NCBI GenBank assembly: GCA_043228905.1
Contig: JBHGNT010000003.1
Span: forward strand, 12,834,001 to 12,898,000
Direction of reading: 5' to 3'
Length of the DNA: 64,000 nt
Origin: Azolla caroliniana
Lineage: Eukaryota > Plantae > Polypodiophyta
Both the position numbers and the translations under genes were made by a program. This document shows positions 24,801-35,500 of the stretch, piece by piece (the first letter of the stretch is position 1; the number at the start of each line of letters is the position of its first letter). The notes below the pieces were generated by a model that had not been told where the DNA came from, made no database searches, and worked only from the letters and a program-made list of their open reading frames with translations.

Positions 24801-25898
24801 AAGTACAAGTGTAGAGCCACCTGCAAGGTTGAGCTCTACTGTGCCGATTCCAATGATGTCACAGTGTTGCGAGTTGCCGACTCGAACTGAGTCGGAGTGA
24901 CGGACCGTATATTGCCGAAATTGGGATCGATGAGGAGTCACGTGAAATGACGCGCCCGAATCTAAGAGCCATGTGCTCGATTCTTCAGTCGTGAGCAGAA
25001 CTTCTGATCCGACTGGATTTTCGATTGATAGTATATTCGGGTCGTTTGGTAGCACATCAGCTGAGAAGCTGACGTAATTGATCTCCTCATGTCGGCCACT
25101 CTTCTTGTCTGATTTCTGAGACTTGTCGTTCTTGTTCTTGAGTGCGCGGCAGTCGGCTTTGATGTGTCCGGGTTTCTTGCAATAGTTGCAGATTCGATTA
25201 TCCCGTGACTGGCTCCGTCTTCGCTGATTGTTCGGCTGCCGTGAGGAATCTCTTCCTCGTATGTTCGATCGGTCTGTCGAACCTTGTACTACATAAGCGT
25301 CGTCTGTTGAGTTTTTGGCGAAAGACTTTCTCCGAGCTGCTTCGGTCAGGATTGCGCTCGTGACTTCGGAGTATTTAACAGCCGTGGTTGACGCGTTGCA
25401 CACGGTTGTGACGAAAGTTTCCCATGATGAGGGAAGGCTGCTCATGAGTATCATTGCTCTGAGTTCATCCTCGATTGCCGTCCCCTGAGATGAGATTTGG
25501 GAGCTTATACTTTCGTACTCATTGAGATGTGCTTGAACCGAATCTGATTCTTTCATCCGCAAGTTGTAGAGGCGCCGGATCAGAAACATCTTTGTTGTAG
25601 CGACCTTCTTTTCGTAGGTGTCCGACAGTGTTTTCCACAGTTCGAATGTTGTCGTACACGATTGCACCGTAAAGTATACCGATTCCGATAGGTGCATCCG
25701 AATCGTGGCGCGGACGATTCTGTCCAGCTTCTGCCACTCAATTGGTTTGTATCCTTCTGGAGGTTCTTCACTTTCGATGGGATCGATTTGCCCCTTGACT
25801 ATGAGATAGTCCTGCATTTGCTCCTTCCAGAAGTTGAAGTTCGATCCATCGAACTTTCGTAGACTCATTTCTGACGAGCCGGATGTTGATGCCATCAA
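21864..25898 (-). CDS. Copia C intact gag-pol polyprotein (1344 aa)
   Basis: Uninterrupted: FDGSNFNFWK, CNYCKKPGHIKADC, WLLDSGAS, LVHSDVCGP, TDNGGEF, YVDD, GYTDSDFAG, KHIDVRYHF. Confidence 0.97.
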   Translation of the reverse strand: MMASTSGSSEMSLRKFDGSNFNFWKEQMQDYLIVKGQIDPIESEEPPEGYKPIEWQKLDRIVRATIRMHLSESVYFTVQSCTTTFELWKTLSDTYEKKVATTKMFLIRRLYNLRMKESDSVQAHLNEYESISSQISSQGTAIEDELRAMILMSSLPSSWETFVTTVCNASTTAVKYSEVTSAILTEAARRKSFAKNSTDDAYVVQGSTDRSNIRGRDSSRQPNNQRRRSQSRDNRICNYCKKPGHIKADCRALKNKNDKSQKSDKKSGRHEEINYVSFSADVLPNDPNILSIENPVGSEVLLTTEESSTWLLDSGASFHVTPHRSQFRQYTVRHSDSVRVGNSQHCDIIGIGTVELNLAGGSTLVLHNVRHVPELSRPLISVGQLDEDGIRAGFSSGGWTLHRGNLLLARGPKIHSLYPLPVTLREGNLFLVDIPVSSLWHRRLGHLSKAGITHLSRAGYIPKLSFSDHQFCEHCQYGKQAAASHPTSAPRDTRPLDLVHSDVCGPMPHQSLGGASYFVSFIDDSTRKVWAYPIRTKDRVFSIFSDWLAMVENQIDRKLKCFRTDNGGEFKSEEFVKFCRQRGIRREFTAPHSPEQNGIAERMNRTIQERIVSMLQHSGLSDGFWAKALLTAVHIINMSPSRPLGLQIPQELWIGSKPNYDKLRIFGCEAYALIPKDDRRKLAPRSRKCIFLGYGSDGEMGYRLWDPERRQIVRSSDIVFNESAMIPSVETPIEVRRVTFSDVPTLQEGPALNTRSASRVAAPYTTDSDNSDSVQPNDSLSDHPTSIPDATSPIIPRRSERLSQPLERYSLGIFFTDAGEPTSYEEASTSVDSATWHLAMESEMHSIRANKTWDLVELPKNRRALPCKWVYRLKETSDSTTPKYKARLVAKGFRQEYGVDFDEIFSPVVKMTTLRFLLGVVAADNLELIQLDVKTAFLHGDLEEEIYMEQPKGFVATGQEHLVCRLRKSLYGLKQAPRQWYKKFDDFIQSIGFSKSDEDHCLFTNTAQDGSPIFLIIYVDDMLISGRHAGELADLIRQLRLKFAMKDLGPARHILGMKISRHRDKRHLFLSQTDYIGRVLERFNMQSAKSASTPLPMNLRLSQRDCPTSGPEGEDMKSVPYAPAVGSLMYLMVATRPDISHAVGVVSRFMHNPGRSHWNAVKHVFKYLAGTKDHGILFGPNSTSGVVGYTDSDFAGCIDSRKSTTGYCFKFGNGAISWKSKLQECTATSTTEAEYVAASDAAKEALWLGRQAHTFRQVDHDSAPIVYSDSQGAVALSRNPVHHNASKHIDVRYHFVRDCVISGKIGLEKISTTDNVADGMTKCLSADRFRSLRHQMGVTTNQSG

Positions 25899-26384
25899 AT
25901 TTGGTTTCGGTTGACGAAGCTCGGTTCGGAGTTGACTACGAACCTTGTTGGAGTGCAGCCGGTTGGCTCACCCGATATCGTTCTAGTCGGATTTGAACCC
26001 GAGTCGGTTCGGCTTCGGATATATGTATTGTTGAACTTGCTCGAATTGACTCCTGTAACTTGAGGGACAGAACCGACTGGTCTTCCCGAATGTTGCCGAG
26101 TCGGAGTGAGCCCGGTTCGCTTCCAAATATATATGCCAAATACCGATTATTGAAACCGATTGTCTGGACCGATTCTGCTTCGGGTGACTGCAGCGACGAG
26201 AGAGACGGATCCAACTGATCCTCCCGAATGTCGATCAGCCGGATGAAGCACGAATTGGGGTTGTTTTCTTGAGACCGATCTGCACCGAGTGGTTACAGTG
26301 AGCGGCGAGCAGCGCTTGATGACCTCTTCATTCAAGGCCGAGTACACTATGACACTCACCCCCTCTGAACCTGCACATCCTCCG

Positions 26385-29063
26385 ATATGGTCCAAACCAC
26401 CTTCGAGTGAATTTCCATATCGTTCGGTGTTGATGATCCAAACTATTGTCATAGACTATCACCCAACCTCCTTCTTCAATCTTTCGTGGTCGTAGACGGT
26501 GCTTTGTGTCGAATCGACTTTAGTTCCATAATCGCGGTTCTTGTTGTCGGCATATTGCTTCCGCTATGTCTTCTGGTCTTCCTTCTAGTTGTCGTAATTG
26601 CGGTTTCCGTAGGCATTACTGGAGCTTGTCCAGTCATAAGTTCCGCTGGCATATAATTGGACACGAAACTATGTGTTGGACGATCCACCCATAGTGCATA
26701 CGAAAGCATCTGCGGCCAATTCTTCACCCTTCTGTCGCATGCTTGTGCAAGTGCTTTTACGATTGGACTATGTCTTCATTCGATCTTCCCATTGGCTTCT
26801 GGATTGTATGTCATGGTTAGTGTTAACCGTACTCCATGTTTGGCAAAGAATTCCCTAGCTTTATCGGAGTCAAGTTCTCCCTGATCTGCAATTACTTGTC
26901 CTACGCACCCGTACCTACAAAACACTTCTTCCAAGAGAAATTGACATACTCCAGAACATGTTTTCATCCGTGGCGCTCGACCTTGTACTTGGTTCGACAA
27001 ATCCTCCCGGGCTAGCACCAAGTTAGCATGGCCACGATGTTAGCCATCCATTTAAAGTTAATTGTTGGTAAAAATGTCAGATGTAATTCGTCCCAATGTC
27101 GAACTCCGGAGTAGATCTGACATTTCTCGCAACTTTCGGTGAGCTCCACTATATCCTTGTACATATTCTTCCACCAATATTTTTTTTTGATCTTTGCAAA
27201 TGTCGCCCATGTTCCTCGATGTCGAGACCAATCGGATTCGTGAAATTCGGATATTACCCGTTTCTGTTGTTCCTTTGGATCTCGGCTATGCCATCCGGAC
27301 TTTTCAGCTCCCTCTAGATTAATCCATTGTTCAAGAAGAACTTCCGAACTTGTCGTTCTTCCTTTGGATCTCGGCTCTCTTTTCCTTCTTATCCGATGAT
27401 TCCTTGATTTCTTGTAGCACTTTCCCGATCAACAAGCTTTCTCCCTCATATTTGTCTTCTCGGAACTCCCAAATTACGTTCACCCGACATATGTGATGCA
27501 AAGTAAAGCAGTCTTCGGAAACTTCTTCATTATCCGATTCGGCCACGTCATCCTTGAACCATGTCCTTGATAACATATCCGCTACTGCGTTGTCTTTTCC
27601 CGAGATGTGTCGGACCTCCGGATTAAGTGACTTTACATATGCAATCCATCTTAGCATAGGCATATCCAGTACCATGCAACATCACATCATCTTGATTATT
27701 GAAAGACAGTATATTTCGATTACTACTACTTCAGCTTCGATCAAATAATCTCGATCTTATTTTATTGCCGGCATGACTCCCCATAATATTCTTTTAACTG
27801 TGCATATCCGCATTGCCTTTTGTTGAGAACCTTTACACGGAATGAATCGGATATCGTGAACCATCCAAGTTGGCTTGGTTGATGACCCATCCGATCCCGG
27901 CTGGACTTGTATCAACCATTACTAGGATTGATCTATCATAGTTCGGCTTATTAAGCACAATGACCCTCCATAGTGCTTTCTTGAGCTTCTTCACAGCTTT
28001 GGTGTGCTCCGCATTCCATTCTAACTTCTTCCCCTTCCGCAATAGGTGATAGAGTGGGTCTGCAATGTGTGCATAGTGTGGAATCCATATATGATAGAAT
28101 GCACATGCCCCAAGGAACCTATGAACCTCGGATTGCGACTCACATATTTCTTTCATGGCTTGAATCACATTGATCTTCATTGGTGACGGTCTTCGGCCAT
28201 AGGGCCCACATAGATGTCCGACGACCAGTATCTCTTTTTCCAAATGTTGATTTCTCTCCAGAGAGTGTTAAGTGCACATCTTCTAATCTCTATAGCACTT
28301 TCTCACAATCACGAATATGGTCGACTACGAACTTTCGGCATCCTCAATCATCAATTTTCTGATCCTTCTCTTCAATCACACATCCTTTCATTGGAATGTC
28401 ATCTGGAATGTCATCTAAGAACGGCATCGTTATCTCTGGAATGCAGTCTCAGAGCACCTTATTCATCGCATTCAGCATATGTGTGACCGAATTCATCGCC
28501 CCTCATGGTAGTGTACACATCCGGACTAATCCTATCAATGTCTGCATTGTAGTGATATCTCGGCTATCTATGGCTAGTTGAAATTGGTCATATCCAGGGT
28601 ATAGGTCTCCGATAGAGTATATCGTGCATCTGGCATTTGATGGCTCTAGAATCCCCATCTCCACCTTCTCCTTGAGCAAGTCAATGATTTTCGGAATATG
28701 TACCTGTGGCACCAGGAATCGGCTTTAGGTTCCACGGCACATGTTCAATCGTGAAGATAACCATCGGCTCCACAATCTTCGGATCAATGCACCCTATCTC
28801 TCTTGATGTGAATGCAAATGCTTTTCCATGCTGCTCCAACATCTCACAAAATTGTTCTTCTTCATTCGGTAAGAGGAATCCATCGCCACCAATCCGGAGT
28901 TTCCTTCGGGTCTCATTTGTGAATTTATGTCTGATGTCCACAAACTTTAGAAGTGTCGGATCTCCCGAGACTTCTTTCCTCTTTTGTTCACTATTGGCGG
29001 GTAACGGTATGGTCCCGCAGACAGTTTCACCTTCTTTTCCACAATCTTGTATTTCGTATATAC
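26385..29063 (-). pseudogene. Gypsy E degenerate pol (RT-RNase H-integrase)
   Basis: Fragments collinear with J pol: KLRIGGDGFLLPNEE, LYPGYDQFQLA, LRWIAYVKSLNPE, YNPEANGKIE, RRWFGPY. Confidence 0.9.
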
Positions 29064-29389
29064 TGATGAGGAGAGATAGAAAAATGATAGAGAAAAAAAG
29101 AGGAAGAGAAAGAAATACTTTAATATACTGTTAGGAAAACAATACCATCTTCTTAGACTCCAAAAGTAACAACCCCAAAGAACTACCTTAATCCCAATGG
29201 CACTAACTCATAATAGTCATTCCTTCTTCTCTCTTTCTTCTACTAAGACTCCCTCACTTCTTCTAGCCTTCTTATTCTTCCTCCCTTCTTCTTGTAGATA
29301 TTATATTCTTCCTACTTCTTCTAGATATTCTATTCCTCCTCCTTCCCAATGGCTAGGAATACCCTCATATTTATAGGTTTTTAGTTGCC
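29064..29389. mobile_element. Truncated LTR-like fragment
   Basis: Starts TGATGAG exactly where E pol breaks; AG/CT-rich with minus-strand cctataaata. Confidence 0.45.
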
Positions 29390-32083
29390 TTATTCTTGCG
29401 CTAGTGTAGAGAATCCTTGGATGCATCGACGATAGAAGTTGGCAAAACCCAAAAATGATTGCACATCCTTGACCTTGGTGGGGACTTCCCACTCTTGAAC
29501 TATTCCGACTTTCTTCTTGTCCACAGTGAGATCATCAGATGAAATGATGTACCCAAGGAATTCAACTGAGGTTCGATCAAATTCACACTTCTCGGGTTTT
29601 GCATAAAGTCCATGTTCTCGAAGTTTGGACAAGATAAGTCGGACGTGCTTAGTGTGCTCTATGTAGTCCTGTGAGAAGATAAGTATGTCGTCGAGATAGA
29701 TGACCACAAATTGGTCCAGATATTCTCGGAAAATGTCATTCATCATATGTTGAAAAATAGCAGGAGCATTTGTGGGACCAAATGGTGTTACCATGTATTT
29801 AAAATGCCCGTACCTGGTTCGAAATGTCATTTTCCACTCATCTCCAGGCTTGATACATACCAAGTTGTAGGCGCCTCTGAGATCAATTTTGGAGAATATA
29901 CGCCCAGCCCGAAGTCGGTCGAGAAGCTTGGGGATTAGAGGTAGTGGATAACGATTTCGAATAGTGACTCGATTGAGCCCGCGATAGTCGATACATAAGC
30001 ATAGAGTTCCGTCTTTCTTTTTGACAAATAGAATAGGAGAGCCAGCTGGAGATTTTGAGTGGCGAATGAATCCCTTTGCGAGATTCTCTTCAATGTATAT
30101 TTTGAGGGCCTTGAGTTCAGGTTCAGATAACCCATAGATAGGGCCGAAAGGAGGACAAGCACCATCTTTTAAGTCAATTGGACAATCGTATGGGCGATGT
30201 TCAGGCAGGCGATAAGCATTTTTCTTCTCAAATACATCAAAGAAATAATTGTATTTTGATGGAAAAGAGCTACTACATAGAGTACTGTCTAGAGTGGACA
30301 TGACCGCCATGTCTGTAGAATTAGAAATGGATGCAATTAACACTGTATCACTTACTCGAACAAGAGTGGAATCTGTTTCCGAGGCCAACGCGGTTGGAAC
30401 TTTCGATGTTGTTTCTATTGGAGCAACATGGTTCTTGTTGAAGAGGGAATGGGAGTGATCACTAATGTGGTTCTCACTAGAGCAGAAATGGGAGTTGTCC
30501 TCGAATCATGAGTGGGAGCAACCGTTGACGCGGTCCTCACCGGAGTGGAGACTGGAATTATAGCAACCATTGATGTGGTCCTCACTGGAGCAGAAACGGG
30601 AGTTGTTCCCAAAACATGAGTAAGAGCAACCGTTGACACGGTCCTCACCGGAGCGGAGACTGGAATCGGAGCAACCATTGATGTGGTCCTCACTGGAGCA
30701 AAAACAGTAGTTGTCCCCGAAACATGAGTGGGAGCAACCGTTGACACGGTCCTCACCGAAGTAGATGGCCAAACAAATGGCGGAGCCTTAGCTCGAAGAA
30801 GAGTGGAAGTAATCCCTTGTGGGCAAGAATTCGAGGTGAAGTTGATGGAGCGAGATCGCCAATCCATGATTGGATTGTGAGTCTCAAGCCATGATAAGCC
30901 CAAGATGATAGGATGTCGAGGTGATGTGATGAGGTTAAAAATGATTTCTTCCTGGTGGGATCCTATGTGGAGACTCAAGGGAATTGTTGTATCTGTGATT
31001 GCACCAAAGGAGAGCGTTCAACCGTCGATCACTTCAACTGAAATCGGGACATTTATTTTGTTGCTTGGAATGTTGTGTGTCCGTGCAAACATGATGTCAA
31101 TAAAGCACGGAGTATCCCTATAATCCAAGAAAGCTTTTGTCTTTAGAGTGTTGGAGCCAAACTAAAGAGTGATTGGAAATGTGAAGTCGGTTGATTGGGT
31201 CCTTGACACAATTGTCAACTCTTGTGGTCCAAATGCACAACCCCTACTGCAACTGGACATTGGAGTTTTCCTGTTGGCAGAAAATGTCAACCCCATCCAC
31301 ACGATGTGGTGTTCGATGGGGTCCCCTTTTTGGGCAAGAACGGATCAAATGGCAAGGGCCGCCACAATGGAGACATAAATTTTTAGCTTGTCGATGTTGT
31401 CGTTGCACGTTAGTCAGTGGTTGATAGCGAATTCGATCGATCTCCATTGGGGAGCTAGAATATATGGCGGGATTTGACGATGAAGATGAAGCAACTGGCC
31501 AAGGTGGATGGATCCGAGGAGGACATACCTCTTACTGAAACTCAAAGAGACGGTTATTGCAGTGCATAGCTTAGGAAATAGCCTCATTCAAAGATGTGGG
31601 CTCAGGAAAGTTAAGCAAAAGATTTTTTATCTCACCTCGTAATCCTTGATGGAATTGATCGAGGAGGGCTTGTTCATCCCATTCCACATTGCATGCAAGC
31701 TGACAAAATTCAGATGCATAGATTGATGCCGCATGTTCTCCTTGTTGTAACGCATATAGTTTGTGTAGCGCGGCTCGTCGTTTGTCAGTCTCCCCAAAAG
31801 TTGCCTCAAATTCGATAAGAAATGTTTGGAAGTCATTCAAGAGAGGCGAAGAAGTCTCTACTAGAGGGGCAAACCAGGCTTGCACTTGTCCTGTCAGCAA
31901 CGTGCCGATCAGCCCAACTTGTCGAAAGTCATCAGAATATCATCGGGGCTAAAGACGAATAATAAGGCGGATTTGGTTGATGAAGCCTCTTAATCGTGAC
32001 CTTGTTCCATCGAATTTTTCTGGCAAGGTGACATTAGGTTCTACAGCAGAAGGGTCAATAATCGGGTGAGGTATAACCGTCGT
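29390..32083 (-). pseudogene. Chromovirus-type element F gag-PR-RT (truncated)
   Basis: PEKFDG gag, LCLHCGGPCH knuckle, [42 protein letters not shown]. Confidence 0.9.
30440..30760. repeat. In-frame 108-bp higher-order repeat (63+45 bp) in F PR-RT linker
   Basis: ggtcctcac cores at 30469, 30532, 30577, 30640, 30685, 30748; encodes PVRT(V/T)S(T/M)VAP repeats. Confidence 0.88.
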
Positions 32084-32541
32084 TGTTACCCGGCCGACAA
32101 AGGAGCTAAGGACGCCAAGACTAGGGTGTGAAAAGGGGAATTGTTATTTGGGAATCTATTGTAATTACTAGTCTTAATATATTAATATATGAGAAAATGT
32201 GGACGGACGGACCGGAATCGGTATGCCGATCCAGATCCGGACTGATCCCGAATAGGTGCCGGTTGGCACCGTTTTGTACTTCGCACCGGTGACTTATATA
32301 AAGGCCCGGTTACAATGTAATCATCAACGGAGAGTAATATAAACCTTTTGTTAATCATTGAGTATTGTTCACCGTTCTGTGCTTATTGTATATCTTACGT
32401 GTGTTAATGACGTATTGCTAAGTAACCAATTAAGGTCCAATTAAGCGTTGTGTCGTAAGTTATCTCGCTGTAACACCCTTTGGTGAAGTGTCTTAAGTGG
32501 ACACCCTGTGTTAGGCTATTGTTCGGCCCTAAGGATTAACA
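32084..32541 (+). repeat. Gypsy D 5' LTR
   Basis: TGTTA...TAACA, repeated at 49316. Confidence 0.96.
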
Positions 32542-32548
32542 CAGTTTT

Positions 32549-32561
32549 TGGCAACCACGAT
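32549..32561 (+). promoter_or_regulatory. PBS-like motif (possibly tRNA-Arg, degenerate)
   Basis: tggcaaccacgat 7 bp after LTR; similar motif at 56516. Confidence 0.55.
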
Positions 32562-32592
32562 TCCTGCACAATCGCGGTGAACAGCGGTGGGA

Positions 32593-35500
32593 ATGGATGA
32601 CTAGGCCAACGGACGACCTGGTTACGGAGATAGCACGAAGACTTGCGGAACGGCAAAGGCGGCGAGAGGCTTTCTAGGAAGCGACAGAAGAAATCTGATT
32701 GGATTGATCATTTTCCAAAGTTATCCAAAAAGTGGCGGAGGAGTCGCTCCATCTGCAACAAAACGCCTAGCCGGATGAAGGAAGCAACTTAAGCAGTCTC
32801 CGGGAAGCGGAATCCCTTCTCCAAGCCATGGCCGGAGGAGATGGCGAATCCGAAGCATTTTCGGCGCTGGAATCGGATTCGGAAGGGGGTTACAGCGCGC
32901 ACACGAACTATCACAGCAGTAACAACACCCTAGGAGGACCGGAGGACGAGGAGTCGGATACATTACCGACACCGGAACCAGAATTGTCAGACCGGGAACC
33001 TTCGGCACTAGACGTGGAGCAACCTCTGGAGCCGGAAGAGTACAAAGAAAGACGTCCGACACCGGAAGTCGAGGAGGAGAAGCCGGCAACACCGAAGGAG
33101 GAGGAACACAGACCTCCGACACCGACAGAGGACCGGCCGCCAGATGGCACCAGACGTAAGACCCCAGCACCATCACCACCTTTGCAGACCTGAAAGCTAA
33201 ATTCTTGCACTTCTTTCAGAAGGAGGTGGACCAGAGAGAAATGGTGGGCCTACTTTATACCATCCGATAGGACCCTGGGTAGAGCATTCCGCAGTTTGTC
33301 ATCCGGTTTCAACGGATGCACAGTCAGCTTACCCGAACACCTCCGGAGGAAGAAACACGGCTATATTCTTAGCCGCGCTCCGGGAACCTCTACGTACGGT
33401 ATGCACGGTCATCGACTTTCGCACAAGTACCATCGACCAGGTCATCGACCGGGTTAGAGAAATGGAGAAAACAAGCTCTTGGCTAACAATGGGAGCACTC
33501 CAACGACCGTTACCAACCGATGAGGATCTCCGGTTTCGACAGGCCATTCAATGCACAACATGTCTAAATGCCGGACACTTAGCACTAGAATGTACCATGT
33601 GGTCGCAATGTCTACTGTGCCATTCCAGGAACCACACAATGGAGTAGTGCGAGTACAATTTGTTGAATCGCCAAGCACCACCGGTTCGGCAAATCGAACC
33701 ACGGAGTACCAAGGAGGAGGAAGAAGAACGTTGGAGACGAGAAGAGCGATACCGACCGGCACAGGATGTCCAGTACGAGGACAACCTTGACCGATATGAT
33801 AGATATGATCGGTACCGGGATTATAATGGACGGTATGAAAGATACAATTGGGACCAATCCCCCGGTTACAACCAACGACGGGAAGCCTACAACAGACATG
33901 ATGACCAGCCCCGTCAAGAGTATCGGAACAAAAAGAAACGCCATTTCAAGAAAAGGGGTCACCTACGGGAATCGGAGAAGGCCACCTCAAGCAACCAACC
34001 GGATCAAAGCCCCGCCATTACCACAGGTCCTCCACCGGGGGCAGGAAACAATGCCGAATCCAGCACTACCCGGAAAGCATATTCCTACTATTGCCGACAA
34101 GAAGGACATTATAGTAATCAATGCTCGGTAAATAGCTATGATAAACGACCAGCGGTGAACATGGTAGTCGCCGAAGTAGCAGACCTGCAGCAGGTAACCA
34201 CAAGATCGAAGGGTAAGGCGACGGAAGGGGAGGTGCAAGAGGCCATCCGCAACCAGGCAACATAATGGGTAAAAAAGGCGAATGCACGAAACATGGCAGA
34301 GCTTGCGCAGCAAAAGGAAAATACCGAAGAGCTCGCCGACGGCAGTCAGCCTGAAAATGCGACATGGCAGGCATTGCAAGAAGGCCAAATCACGCTGCCA
34401 TTAGGACGGCTCCTACAACTAGTGCCTAGATTCACAGAAGGACTCAAGACAAGCATGACGGTAGGAGAAACACCACCGGCTCCAACATTCTTCTCAAAAC
34501 TGGAGGAGGGACCGTCGGTAGTAGACACAAACAGTCTGGCGATCACAGCCATTGTGAAGGGAAAGGAGTTACTCAGAATAGTAATAGATGGAGGATCCGG
34601 CGTCAATGTGATTAGCCTCCGAACGTGCAAAACCTTGGGAATCCAAGAGTAGGAACCATGCCCGTTCTGGCTGCGGATGGCAGATACAAGCTCAGTGCGA
34701 CTGACCGGCTTGATACGAGATTTGGAAGTAACGATCGGCGGCCACACATTTTGCATCTCGGCAGTAGTGCTACAACTACAGGCACAAGGAGCTTACCCAC
34801 TATTGTTGGGGTGGCCGTGGTTGAAAACGGCGCACATTAAACAAAACTAGAGGAAGAATATAATCACCTTCCGGTGGGGAAAAGCAAAAGTACGGGTATC
34901 GACACAACCATGGACGGGTACCGGGAAGGAATTGACACCCCTATATGCCGAATGCGTCAATATGCTGGACGGATTAGCAGACGAAGAGGTAGATCAATAC
35001 TTGCAGGAAGATCGTACCTCTGTTCGAAATCGACGTAGCCGAAGCCGTATCACCATACATACTGCCACCGGACAGAGCCGACGAGGAACCAAATAAAGAA
35101 GTGATCCGGGAGCTATGGCAAGCATAGGAGGCACTGGAAAGAGAAATGGTCGTATCGCAACGAGTTAAAGCATCCCAACTAGAGGAGGTAAATCTAGGAA
35201 CTACGGAAGAGGCAAGACCGGTGCACATCGCCAAGGAAATGACTCCGGAGAACAAAACGACGATGATTACACTTCTCAAAGAATTTCGGGACGTGTTTGC
35301 CTGGTCTTACGAGGATATACGAGGGCTCGATCCTCAGCTATATCAGCATCAAATACATTTGAGCAAAGACGCCAAAACGGTAGCACAGCGGCGGTACCGG
35401 ATGAATCCAAATTACGCCGCCAAAGTCAAGGAGGATATCGACAAGTTGCTGAGGGTTGGCTTTATCCGCCCAGTAAAGAAATCTACATGGCTGAGCCCAA

